From: Kudoa neothunni
Taxonomy: Eukaryota; Animalia; Cnidaria
NCBI GenBank assembly: GCA_964304625.1
Contig: OZ199839.1
Coordinates: 263,970-327,969 of the forward strand
Direction of reading: 5' to 3'
DNA: 64,000 nt
Shown here: one piece after another, positions 41,281 through 53,880 of the stretch
Numbering within the stretch: position 1 is the first letter of the stretch
How the letters are laid out: each line of letters starts with the position of its first letter
Translations under genes and position numbers: made by a program
The notes under the pieces: generated by a model
What the model saw: the letters and a program-made list of their open reading frames with translations, nothing else
What the model was told of the DNA's origin: nothing
The model's database searches: none

Positions 41281-41748
41281 TTTTATCTTTTTTTACAAGG
41301 TAAAACCCCTGGCGCAACTTATTAGATGGCGGAATTCTGGTTGGTCAGACCTCCTCCATAACGCTGTAGGCACCGCAGGATGTAACATGAAACCCCGTCC
41401 CTTATCTTTATGCGGTAGTGTAGAACTTTAACCCACTAAACATCCTCGTCTCAGGGCGACCACCACCTCACACCCTATCCCTTTAAGGACGTTGGCTCTG
41501 TGAGGCTTGCAAATTACTTGCCTTTCGATGAGTTCCCGAGATTCCGACTCCTATTCACGCGGATTTGGCTGCTGATGCACCCCACCTCACCGCGAGCGTA
41601 CACTATAACCACAGCTCCCCAAACGGGGGATAGAGACCCACTGACACGGAAGTAGTAGTCTAACCACAGGCGGATTCGAACCCTTTACCACAAGGTACCA
41701 CAAGGTTCTGAGCCCGAGTGTCACACCAATGTGCTATCTGTCCTCGGC
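41281..41748 (-). mobile_element. tRNA-derived SINE
   Basis: Perfect 13-bp TSD atttctcatcatc at 41268-41280 and 41749-41761. Minus-strand Pol III A box tagcacattgg (41726-41736) and B box ggttcgaatcc (41672-41682). A-rich 3' tail. GC content well above the flanks. Confidence 0.88.
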
Positions 41749-42236
41749 ATTTCTCATCATCAATGCGACTTAGGGTTTTGCAGACGACTTCGTAGTCTGG
41801 TTAATAAGTAGTAAGATTAAACTTCATGCAGGCTTTTAGATATCCATCGCTTAAATGTCACCGTAGATTTGTCTTAATATCTTTTAAATGTAGAAAGGCT
41901 GCTCACATACATACATACATACATAACTATATTAGATTCTAATATAATATTATATTATTATGAGCTATAGATCGCGATAAAATATGACAAAACATATAGT
42001 TTGAGGGTATGTCATGCTCAATTAATGGCTTATTCCAAAGAATTTATGAAATTTTAGAAAAAGAGATTTATTTTTGTGTTGTAACTTTTTAGAATGAATA
42101 AACTATATCTATGAAAAAATCGGTCGAAAAAAGTCACGACACCATGCCGAATTTTGGTAGTTTGTAAATACCCCATTACCCAGAAATTTAGTAATAAGAG
42201 AATAATTTAAGTTTAAAGGAAGTCCAACATATTTAA

Positions 42237-44723
42237 CCCTCCAACGGATGAAAAAACGACCACCCTCCAACGGGATTTGGGGTAAAAAAGACCCCAGATT
42301 TTTTTAAATTTAATGTATGCAGAAAATTATTATAAACTTATGAGGGAAATATGGGAAAATTCTGCCTAAGTAACGCTGAGAAAATAATCAATTACTTCAT
42401 AATTAATCTTCAGTAATCCTCTTCGGCAAGATTAAGCAGATATCGCGATAAATCGTTTTTATAACGTATAATATGTTTAGTCTTATTTAAAATAATGAAA
42501 AATAACATTTTAGTAAAAAATAAAAGATAAAATATTTTCAAGGGTCCCTAATAAATTTGGTTTATATTAGCTAGCAATTTAGATATTTATTTGACGAATG
42601 GGCGCGACAGTAGAAACTTCCACATTTTGAGCATTTGGATGAGGTTTTCTTATCGTTTTCACGAGGACAATGTGCACATCTTCGTTTAGAAGTATTTGAA
42701 TCTGCAAAGTTGTATGTTTCCATAGAAGTTGGATGAGATCTTTTTGAACATTTTTTCATTTGGGAATTTCTCTCCAAAAGAGGTTTATACAACTCTCCAG
42801 CCATTTCTTTCAGAAAATCACGTCTCAATTTTGTGGAATCGTTAAATATGTGTTTATATAGACAAAATGAATTTATTAAAGTCAAATCCAACATATTATA
42901 AAAGACCACCATGGGCCAGCGTCGATTAAATCTGCGGACCGAAACGGAAGCCAACATCCGATCCACGGTATCTACTCCTCCTTTGGAACCATTATAATCC
43001 ACTATTGTTTCAGGCTTTTGTTTATGTGTATCGTTGGTTATGTTGGTGTTGGTTGTTCCTGAGGATAGGAGAATCACCGCTCTTCTTTTTTTGTTGACAT
43101 ATGAAGTGATCATATATTTATCAAAAAATATAAACATAGTGCTGAATAAGGAACGATTTCTAGACGGAAGAACACACGGTGGTAAATCTCTCTTATTGTG
43201 TCGAATTGTTCCAAGGTATGTCAGACGTTTGTCTAACAGCTTCTCGGCTAGTCTAAGGGAAGAGAAAAAATTATCTGCAACTATAGTTCTTCCTGAGTTA
43301 TACAAGGGAGCTGTAAGGGAAAGCACAATATTCTCACCAACACCACAGTTTTGGCTAGCTTGAGTTCCGTTCTTTCCTAGATAGGGAGAAATGTTTACAA
43401 CATATTTGTGGACTGGATCGACAGCTAGGAAAAACTTTAGGCCATATTTCGCCGGCTTCATCGGCATATATTGTCTAAATGAGCATCTTCCTCTAAACGA
43501 GACTAACTGCTCGTCAACGGTAACATTTTCACCGGGGAAAAAACATATAGGTAGAGTCTGGATCCACATGTTCCATATGTTGCGAATTGGACAAAATTTA
43601 TCCAATTCTCTTCTTTCAGATCTGGTGCTTGGATTATTAAAATGAATACATCGTAGAATTTGGCGAAAACGATTAAATGAAAAGATTTCGCGATACATCT
43701 CTCTCCCTTCCTTTATACTAAACATTTCTAAAAGAGGTTGCTCTCTGTCTTTGTAGACAGCCATCAAAATTAGTGTTCCGAAAAATCCTCTTAATTCAAC
43801 GTCGTCTAAATCATTCCATAAATCAGAAAAGTGTAATTTCCCGTGAACGTTTGTTTGTTTTATTATTTCCTGGCAAATTTCATCAGTGAAGAATATAAAA
43901 AAACAGTCCAACACGTTTTTGACTCTTTGTATGCAATAAGCTGTTGGCCCAGGTCGAGGATTCATGATATTCTCCTTCAGCATTTTTGATGGAGGTGGCT
44001 TATTCAATGTCCAAAGTATTCCGCTTTTGCTTGTCGTAGAATCCGCAGGATGTTCGCAATCTGATGTATCATCGGATTCTTCGGAATATTCAAGAACGGT
44101 TTCATCAATGTCGCTACTTAAAGGTTGATATTCATCGCTAAAATCCTCAGATGGTGCCATGATTATCTCAATGTGCGCAACAAACGATAAAATTGGTGTA
44201 TATTTCGCGTTAACTCTCATATACGGTCCTAAGGCTTAAATTATCTATAGCTTATTTTGTAGGGGATTATTTATTGCTAGTACACGGAGGTAATATGTTA
44301 ATTTTGTTTGTATTTAGCTAATAAACATTGACCTTGCGGTATTCATATAAACGATGGTTACGATATGTTGCGATTACATACTTAATCGGATTACGGCGGA
44401 TTATATTGATTAATAATTGCTGAATTTGACAGTATTTATTAGGCAGATTTTTTTTTAAATTTCCAAATCATCTTATAATAATTTTCTACATACGTCAAAT
44501 CAAAAAAAATCTGGGGTCTTTTTTACCCCAAAGCCCGTTGGAAGATAAAAATTTTGTTCGATAAGAAATAATCAATATTCCACATAAAGATTTTTATAAA
44601 TCTATTTATTAAAATAATTTAGGAGAATAGACGAAATTTTAAGTATCCCAGATAATTATAAAATATTCTATGGACAAATTAAAATCGTTTTGGGGTCTAA
44701 AAGACCCCAAGCCCGTTAGAGGG
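42237..44723 (-). mobile_element. Full-length piggyBac transposon
   Basis: TTAA TSDs at 42233-42236 and 44724-44727. TIRs ccctccaacgg / ccgttagaggg. Long subterminal inverted repeats. Uninterrupted transposase ORF. Confidence 0.97.
42571..44220 (-). CDS. piggyBac transposase (DDD), 549 aa; likely start at the second Met (MAPSEDF)
   Basis: Catalytic TVDEQ, VADNFF and GGVDTVD; KPAKYG; acidic N-terminus; Cys-rich C-terminal domain. Confidence 0.96.
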   Translation of the reverse strand: MRVNAKYTPILSFVAHIEIIMAPSEDFSDEYQPLSSDIDETVLEYSEESDDTSDCEHPADSTTSKSGILWTLNKPPPSKMLKENIMNPRPGPTAYCIQRVKNVLDCFFIFFTDEICQEIIKQTNVHGKLHFSDLWNDLDDVELRGFFGTLILMAVYKDREQPLLEMFSIKEGREMYREIFSFNRFRQILRCIHFNNPSTRSERRELDKFCPIRNIWNMWIQTLPICFFPGENVTVDEQLVSFRGRCSFRQYMPMKPAKYGLKFFLAVDPVHKYVVNISPYLGKNGTQASQNCGVGENIVLSLTAPLYNSGRTIVADNFFSSLRLAEKLLDKRLTYLGTIRHNKRDLPPCVLPSRNRSLFSTMFIFFDKYMITSYVNKKRRAVILLSSGTTNTNITNDTHKQKPETIVDYNGSKGGVDTVDRMLASVSVRRFNRRWPMVVFYNMLDLTLINSFCLYKHIFNDSTKLRRDFLKEMAGELYKPLLERNSQMKKCSKRSHPTSMETYNFADSNTSKRRCAHCPRENDKKTSSKCSKCGSFYCRAHSSNKYLNC

Positions 44724-45076
44724 TTAAAAACGCAACACATTAGCCTAGGATCAAACTGAAACCAAAGACGCTCGGAAGATTAAATAATGAATTAATTTGG
44801 CCACCATAGATCCAATATCCAGAGAAGTTATGGTTTTGTAGAGGTAAATTTAGTAGGTTAGATTTTTACTTTATCTTGAGAGAAGGGAGACCGAAATTTG
44901 CTAACAATTTGGGTGATGCGCATACCGTCTATGTGGCTGGTCTGAAAAATTAAGAACTCAACAAATTCAATAGTTTCTGATTTTAAATCGAAAGAAATGC
45001 AGCTAATTCAACTCACTATAGTATAAATATTTTTACGAATGAATTTTAGTAGATTTTATTCGACTCAATATGACGT

Positions 45077-48000
45077 CTAAAATCTAGACGTGATTTTGGA
45101 TTTTTGGGGTCGATTTGTCTTTTTATAGTAGATAAATCCAAAAATCGTAATGCCAGTTATGAGGATTAACGAAGCCAGTATTATTCCCGTTATCGCTGAT
45201 GGGCCAAGTTTTTTGGGAGGTGGTATTGGAGGTGGGCTAGTAAATAATTTATTGTTATGAAATCAATATTTATTATGGTATGTGTTAATAAAAATTACGT
45301 TGTAACAATGACTAGAATGTCATCATATTTTCTAAATCCAAATCTTGAGTCGCCCAAAATATAAATTTCGTCACATGTCAGTTTCATTTTAGGGGGTCTA
45401 ATAGTAAGAGAACGTGTTTTGAGCTCTAGAAAGAGTTTCAAAATTTACGCTAAAATGACTTCAAGTGTATTCTCGCTGTTTTCTCCTTGTGTTAAATCTA
45501 CCACAGTGTATAAATATGTTAGATATAGACACGTATCCACGATATTAGGCTTGGTCTATTCTCGAAGATTAGTTTTAGTATAAATGGAACATTTTATAAA
45601 ATATTTTCTATAAATTACATCTTTTTCACATGACCTCTTAATTTTGCCCATAATTGTGCTCAGAAATTGTATTGGAGTTGATTTTTTGATAGTAAAATAT
45701 TCATTGTATATCTGGAAGATAATCAATCATTATGAAATTGTGGTTATTGACACATACAAGTAAATGATGATTGGTCAAAGGTATGAATTGTTTAGTTATA
45801 GAGGAAAGGTTGCAGTATTCCGTTGATCTACGACAAATACCTTTTTCGTAAAGGTAGGTTTTAAGCATCATGGCACAATTCCCGAAATCAAATGCTCCAA
45901 TCATGGTTATTGTACCGTCCATCTTGAAGAATGAATCACAATGTGTATTAACATCTGACTCTTTAACAGCTATTTCGTTCCCAATACGCATACATGGATT
46001 TTGAAGAGGTTGCGAATGAGAAGAATCTTTACTTCTCTATGAGATAAAAATATTGTAATACTCATTTAAAAATTCATGTTACTTCGACTATATTTTTCAG
46101 TATTATTCTTCTCAACACCCCAAGTGAAGCACAACTGAAATTGTTAGAGTAGGCAGTATATCGTTGATTGTTAAAGGAGAATTTCATAATATATTTACTA
46201 TCATAGACATCTATCTCCTCCGTTAAAAATCCAACGAAAAAGTTCCTGGTATGCAGACCCATTACTATTCTATTTCCTGATTTTATCTATTAATGCATGT
46301 GTTATGATATATTATTCGAGTCAACTCTAAACACAGGAGTGTTAAATTTATACTTTTGGTAGTTGTTTATGAATTTTATCAAAAAAAAGGTAAAATCCCG
46401 ATCTAAGTCCATTAAGTAGTTCTTGACTTTCATAGTTTTTCTTTTGATAATAGCTCTCCAGTATACCCATATGTTCATTCATTATTTGTCGTATTTCATT
46501 AGGAGAGTTACTAAGACGGAATACCAACAATAATAATTATCATACATGCTAGAATTACGCGTAGTTTAACTCGTCTTCATAGACAAATCGTAAATATACT
46601 ACATCCGAGTTGATATTTTCCAGGCGGCAACGAGATTTAATTTTAGCCAGGCAATCAGTTATTTCAACTGTTTGAATTAGAAAAACTTATAATCGGCCGT
46701 TCATAAACAGAATATAAAGTTATTAGGGAAATGAAAAATAAACCAATAAAGATAAGATAGCGTCTCTTTCCACTACACCGGTGTATGTGCGGGGGATTAT
46801 AGGATTATATTTATTTCGCTTTTTCTATAGGTTACAGCGCGTTTACAAACAATTCAGCCCATAAAAATGATAAAATATATTTTTCAGATATTACTTATTT
46901 ATGTAAAATGATTACAGATTATAAAACTTAACTGTTATTTTTTGAAACATATTATCGATATATATTTTCAAGGTTTATGATTAAGGAATGCGATATTAAT
47001 CAGAAAAAAAGAATTATTTTCTTCATGAATACAAAAAAATAATTTATATTGTATCAAAATAAATTTTAGGTTAGAATTCACAATAGTCAACCGAGTGTCT
47101 TCACGTATAATCAACAATGTGAGGCGAACTCTATAGATAAAGTTCCACATATAAAATTGAAATCGCGAAATTTATTTTAACAATATAATATGGCGAAATG
47201 TGTACACAGATTATTTAAAAGTCAATTTTCCTCGTATACAGAAATGAAACAATGTCTCGATAATTTTATTAAAGTACTGTTGTAAAATATTAAATTCTTA
47301 CATCAAAATAAAGGAATCTGGTTTCTCCTACAGAAATGGTAGGAGCATCAAACTTAAAAATGAAGGTAATCAGTCGGATAATGTTAATAATAACAAAAGA
47401 ATAAAGGAAAGTCTTGAATCCGATTTGAACATCCCTTTCAGCTTAAAAAAATTAGAAACATGAAATATCGCACAAAGAAGAATACTCAAGAATCATTCTC
47501 AATGGAAGACCTTTCCAATAAATACGATGGTAAACTCTTGCTTGATATCTACAAAGAAACAGAATCGGATGAACTAAACGTTTTCTGTTTCACTACGAAA
47601 AAATATGAAAAATCTCTATTCTAATTATGGTCAAATTTTACATATTGACACAACCTACAAAGTAAACAAGTTATCCATTGTACCACTTTGCAGTAGTTGA
47701 TTCTCATGGACGAACTCGATCAATCTTCTTCGCTTTTGTTAAAAATGAAACTCAAAATTTTGTTGATAATGTGATATTTTCGTTTTCTAAATTAATGGAA
47801 GAAACAAAAATAACAAAAGTTATCTTTGTTGATAAGGATTCAACTGGAATTAATTCATTAAAGAGATTTTTATTTAATGCAAATATATTATTATGTTCTT
47901 ATCATGTAGAAAAATCAATGGAAAGAAAAATTCACTCACTTGAAGTCAATAAAAGTACAAAAAATAGATTAAAAACCCTTTCAAAACAAGCCATTTATTC

Positions 48001-49490
48001 TAAATCATACGATGAATATCTATTCTATTAGATGAAATAAAACAAACGAATAACACATACTTTTTTTTACCTTTCAAAATGTTGGTTAGGTATTTGTGAT
48101 GTGGGTACAATGTCTGAGAAAAAACATAATGACTTTTGGATCCAATACTAATAATAGAATTGAATAAGCCCATGGAAAACTCAAAAGTTTTTTATCTAAG
48201 CAATCTCCATTACCAAATCAGATAGATGAAATTCTTCGTTGTGTTAATATATTGGATAGCGAATTCAGTAACAAAGAACAACAATTATCTATGAACGCAC
48301 ATAGGATATCCAATGATGCTGAATTAAATCAACTCCTCATTCATTTTTCTCCTTACTGTTGGGAAAAATTTTTAGAAAATTTCAATTCCAATAATTATAT
48401 TACAATGTGGGAATCAAAAACTTATTTATTTGTTCATCTGAAATCAAACTTTGCTATGGTTATTAAAAGTAATGAAACAATCGTCTGTGACTGTCCATTC
48501 TTCCATACAGCATAATCTATCTTGCAATCATCTGATCACTCTAATGAAATTATCTATAATAAGTAGTGAAGCAATTGTTACAACAAGATGGACCAAAAAT
48601 AACCTTTTAAATGGAAAATCACCCGCTATATTTCCTGAAATTTGCGATGATAATTCACCATTGTCGAACTCATTTGTTGATAACGAAATGTTATTAGAGG
48701 ATTCTCCTTCAAAGGATGATAATGTGAATTTAAAGTTTCGACAAAACAATGAGCTAACGCAAAGAGTGCTAAACACATTAAATTCATTGGATGGAGAGGA
48801 GTATCGGAATTTTTACAATGAGATATTCAACTCACTTCAAAATTTTGAAAAAACTGTCACTCATAGTATAAGTGAAAAAATGCGCCAAATAAAATAATAA
48901 CATTACAAATGAAAGAGGTTATATCGAAAGGTAGACCTAGAGTCCCAAAAAATTATTTGAAATTTTCAAAATAACGTTCTGACTAGTTATTCTAATACAA
49001 AAAAATATATTTTATCATTTTTATGAGCTGTTTTGTTTGTAAAAGCGTTGTAACGTACAGAAAAAGCGAAAATAACATAATCCTATAATCCCCGCGCATG
49101 GACCGATGCAGTGGAAAGAGACACTATAAAAGATAAGATAATGTTTATTGCAAAAAAATTGTTGGGTTAAAATCAATTCATAATTTTTAAAATTAATACT
49201 CATTAAAAAAAATATATAAAAATACATACGCTTTAGACAGTTCTCGCCAAATTTTACCGGTATTTGAAATCTTCCAGTTTGTGGATCTAACATTCGAGCA
49301 TGGTAACAGATAAACGAAACCGTATTGTATGGATTTATAACTCCAACGATGCCATACTAAAGTGAAATCAAAACGGGACCAAGCATTAACAGAGTAGTAC
49401 TAAATAATTAGGTTCACAACCAACCTGGTACAGTCCATTGAGCAAAAATAATAGGAACAATTTTTGTATATAACAGCAAGTTATTCCCAT
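45077..49490 (-). CDS. CD39/GDA1 (E-NTPDase)-fold type I membrane protein with degenerate catalytic motifs, about 10 exons
   Basis: Manual GT-AG splicing gives a continuous frame: signal MGITCCYIQKLFLLFLLNG; YGIVGVINPYNT; ITDCLAK..VVYLRF; LLNGLRSGFYLF; IVMGLHTRNFFVGF; YTAYSNNFSC; QNPCM; GAFDFGNC; CLYLTYLY; IYILG; Pro-rich stalk; TM AITGIILASLILITGITIFGFIYY; short basic tail. Motif order and the Cys pattern follow CD39. Confidence 0.7.
46757..49127 (+). mobile_element. Mutator-like element (MULE, ZSWIM type), decayed, inside intron 2 of the NTPDase-like gene
   Basis: TIRs of ~130 bp (atagcgtctctttccact... / ...agtggaaagagacactat); near-direct flanks taaagataag / aaaagataag. Relic IDTTYKVN, FVDKD, CSYH, TNNRIE and SWIM finger CDC..CNH. 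Confidence 0.92.
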
Positions 49491-51558
49491 CCCACAATCC
49501 CAAAATAATGTTCAACAAACAATCACAATAATAATTTTCCCAAAGATCGTGCTTCTCTTGAAATATTTCGGGTTCGAAATAAACTAATCAATGAAGTGTT
49601 TTCTATGTTTATCACTATTATCGCAAGAATTAAATCTAATTCTTAATCTCGTAATATTTCAATCAATTTTGAATATTTGTTTATTTTAATTTTTAAATCT
49701 TTAATATTTCTTTTGTCGAAAAACCTAACTTGAAGTCATCATGAGCACTGGGAAGGTTAGTAGTGCGCCTATCCTTCTATTCTTGAACGTTTGAGCCCTT
49801 TTTAATGAGATGGAAGTTGAAAATAAGTTAAAACCCTTAAACTTTGATTAGCAGTTAATTTAATCGATTTATATGCTGTTAACTTTTGCAAATCGTTCTA
49901 TTTATAAAGAAATCCATAACAATCACATTAGATGAAATGAAAATATGTTTTTAAAAACTAATTTAAATGAGGAATAAAGCTTACTTTTAAAATATTTAAG
50001 ATATAAATAAAATATTTATTACCTGAGAATCCTCTTTCATCGTATTCGACTGTGTAATAATGATTTGCGATCATTTACATATCACAGACGTACATTTGTT
50101 TACTCCCTTACTTCCTTCGGTACATACAATAATCTTCCTTGAGAATGCAGCTGTATTTTCTATTAAATTCATAGTAACGATTAATGTGTAATTTGTTCAT
50201 AAAAATCTTATTAAATAAAGTATTTAATTTGATTATTATTATTACTAGCGCGAACTGTCCAGCTTCGTACGGGATTGGGGACATTTCATCATAGAAATAT
50301 ACGGTCAAAAATTAAAGAAATATTAGATTCTTGAGTAGCCCAGATGAGACACTAAATAAATCTTTTTTTAAAATCTCACTTTAAACGACTGTGATTCGCA
50401 CCGGAAAAAATTTAGATCATTTTGGAGAGATTATGAAAGTGGAAAAACCTGAATAACTCGATAATAACTTACGATGATTGATCTTGATTGCTCAAATTAA
50501 TATCTTTATCCGGCACATTTTTACACCCTTTCATCAATATCGTTGTAAAGCCTCTTAATATGAACAAAAATATTTAAATAATTGAATAAAGAGATATTTC
50601 AATCTATACATTAAACCTTATTGCTCAAAATTAAGTTTAGTGGTCGCTATAACGAAATTTGGTGACCTAGTTTCAGTATGTAGGGATTGAAACCATCTGA
50701 TTATAACATACGCTCCAATTCTTGATTAATTTAGAAAATTTTCATATTTTTGCTATATTAAATTCCACCTGTAGAACTTTTAAAGTGTACTTATCAAGCC
50801 AAATATATTAAAAATTCCCCAAATAAGGAATGTATTTAAGCACATATCCAAATGAACATATCTACTTTAAATGTACAGATAAATAAACGATATAAGCTGT
50901 ATCCTGAAATCGTGGATATATAGGTTAAGACTGAACCACTAAAAACGTTTAAAACAACTTGCAGAAGTTCAGTATAGATAAATGACACCATGAAAAAACA
51001 GATATAATCCTATTGTTGAAGCCACGTAATTCGCTTAACCAACCTAACATCGAGGACAACACAATTTCCTACATTAATTTTGAATTGTAGTCAGTGTAAT
51101 AACAAACAAAAGAATTTTTAAATTATCGTAAACTATTAGAAGTTTTATATATATCGATATATAAGGAAAAAAAATTTTCCGCACACACACAAGATAGTGT
51201 CTATTTGCACCAGGGCTGCCAGCGGAGTTTTAAAGAAAACCCAAGGATGGATGGTTGAAAAACACTAGTGTAAAGTACAACAAAAAAATAGAATCGTATT
51301 TATTAAAGTTTTTAACCTTCTTCCGATTCAATAATTACGTCTTCTGGCATTAAATTTAAATTTATCGCCGTATGATTGAAACGTTTTGGAACGAACACTC
51401 ACAATTTATTACCTCTTAGTTCAAAATATATTTTGAAACAACGTTTAAATTTTGTAATAATATGTGACAATCTTTACCCAGTAAACTATCTAATCGTGTC
51501 ATGTTAAACAATCTAACGTGCTATCGTTCAAAATCGCAAATATTTAAACCTTGCATGA

Positions 51559-51710
51559 CAGTGGTCCCCAAACCCCTATGGGTGTGAACTATGGGATAGT
51601 TGGGAAGCGAGATTCGACTACAAAAAAAAATAATTTTTGAGAACTTCTGATTCAGTTACACCATATCGTATGCAGGTGGGTGCGAGTCCAATTTTAGTTG
51701 GGAAGCACTT
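51559..51710. mobile_element. hAT MITE
   Basis: TIRs cagtggtcccca / tgggaagcactt; 8-bp TSD ttgcatga / ctgcatga. Confidence 0.6.
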
Positions 51711-51885
51711 CTGCATGATATAATCTGAATAGGATACGTCATTAAAAATATAAATATTAATATCGTACGTAAAAAATTGTGTTATTCTTTAATATTTATA
51801 AGTTTTCAATAAAAACCCAAGATTTTGTATTAACCGGAAAAACCCCCAAAAACCCAAGACTCCCATAAAAAACCCCAGTCCTGAG

Positions 51886-53880
51886 TTGCACTCACTCGGT
51901 GCATGCGCGGAGGATTAAAGCATTACCTGTATGTGTGCTTTTACTCTTATATTAGTCATTTCAAATAATTAATAATAGCTGCAAACACCAAACAATATTT
52001 TTTTAATTTACTTTTAAAACCGTACGTCAATTATTATCTATCGTAAAAATTATAGTCATATTTATTCCATAAAACAATTTTATGCCAACTTTCATGTATT
52101 AGAAATAAAACAATGGTTAGATAATAATTCCAAGAAAGACTTTTGTGAATATATCTTTATGCAATTTATTAGTTTTTCGCGTGGTGAGTTCAGAAGAGCA
52201 CGATTTATTCAACAAACGATCCTGTTCATCTGATAATTTAAACAGTATAATAAAAAACTATCAAAAAATTTATTATATTCTGAAAGTGCTTACTCATTTT
52301 ACTTCATATTGAATGAAATATATTCGACCAATCCAACGTATTTTCAATATTTGTAAAAGAAATTGGATTAATATTCAAAACATTTGGGCTCATTTTCATC
52401 GTCACAATGCTCTGACATTGAGATTAAATAGAAATAACAGAATTGAACCAGAGCATGACAAGATAAAAAATTTATATCAAAGTCATCTTTAATTCATTAT
52501 GTTAACTCAATACTCAATTACTGTAAGACCATCCATGGTGATGATTTATAAAAAAAGATCTGATTCTCATGAAGAAGAAAATTGATGATGTTGATGACGA
52601 TATTTTGGCAATAATAAATCGTTTCACCAGCTTTTCCGCTGATAAAATCAAATTAGAGGCTAAAAATCTGAAATTATTATCAATTTGGAATCTAAAAAAC
52701 ATGTTCTTTATTTACATTGTATCTTGTTCAGCAATGGTTACGTTTCAACGTAGTATATACAAGTATGATTGTACATTTTATTGCAATAATAAAATCTTCA
52801 ATTTTAACTTCTGATTCTATATGCATTGGAAGGTAGTTTATACAAACAATGATACAGTATTCTTCGATCAAGTTGCAAGTTACTGGCGTATTTTGTAATT
52901 ACACTCGATTAAACTGCAGGATGTTCAATTAAACACGAAAATTTCTCACAAAATTAAAAATTTTATCGAATTGATCCGAAAAAAATAATTAAACATTTGT
53001 ATGCTCCAAAATAATTCTAATGTTAATTTTTTCAGTTGAAGAGCGGACGCAAAGTTAAACTGAGGATGTTACAAATAATGTTGGGAATATATCAATGAAA
53101 TCTTATTCGGGTTTTTATCGATATATTCAATCAAGTCTTCACGATTTTTTGGCTATCTACTCTTTACTATGGATTTAAGTTGAGCAAAAATTTCTTCGAT
53201 TAAATTAAAAAAGGGCGGATATGGATATGGTAGCAATAATTTTTTCATTATTTTGAATAAGCGTTCCTACGATTTCATTTTTATATTCTACATCCATTAT
53301 AATACTGTAAAACGCCATTGACTTGCAACTTGATCGAGAAATATTGTATATTCCTCGATAATAATGATTTGTGCAATGTAACAGACGACGATATTTCAAC
53401 AACTTTAAACTCCCCCAGAATCGACTCACAAAATATCGGCTTGAATGTTTTACCAACAAATATAAATTTGAAATCAAAGTTTAAAAACACTAAACAATTA
53501 TGTTCTGAAATATTGGATCAATTAAACACACTTTGTGGTATTCAATACAACGAATTTTAAAGAGTCTATAAAATTTAAAAGATCAATACGAGAATAAAAC
53601 CACATTTTCCATTAATCAACTAAATGAAAAAAATCCCAGCTCATGCAATTTTAATTTTCGTTCCATTAAAGATTAAAGTAAAAATAAGACCAAAACAAGT
53701 AAAAAATTGTATTGATTATTTAAAAGTAGAAAAAAATATTTCTAACATTTTATTCATTTTTAGAAAAATTTTATTTATCATTTTTGGGTATTAATGGTTT
53801 TCTGCAACAATTAATATAAGAGAAAAAACACGTATACGCGTAATGCTTTAATCTTCCGCGCATGCACCGAAGGAATGCAA
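51886..53880 (+). mobile_element. Second, more decayed MULE
   Basis: TIRs tcggtgcatgcgcggaggattaaagcattac... / ...gtaatgctttaatcttccgcgcatgcaccga. Relic RNNRIEPEHDKIK and CTFYC. The TIR core resembles the 46.8-kb MULE. Confidence 0.8.

Noticed and set aside
41500-41600. Hammerhead ribozyme or CORE-SINE domain in the SINE body
   Set aside because: No complete CUGAUGA...GAAA core with flanking stems was found, and the CORE-like similarity is weak and on the wrong strand.
41660-41748. Functional tRNA gene
   Set aside because: The stems pair poorly, there is an internal 10-bp duplication, and the sequence lies inside a TSD-flanked element with an A-rich tail, so it is a SINE head.
43034-43645. 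Plus-strand ORFs of 109 and 84 aa with look-alikes at 9758-10381
   Set aside because: These are antisense shadows of related piggyBac transposases.
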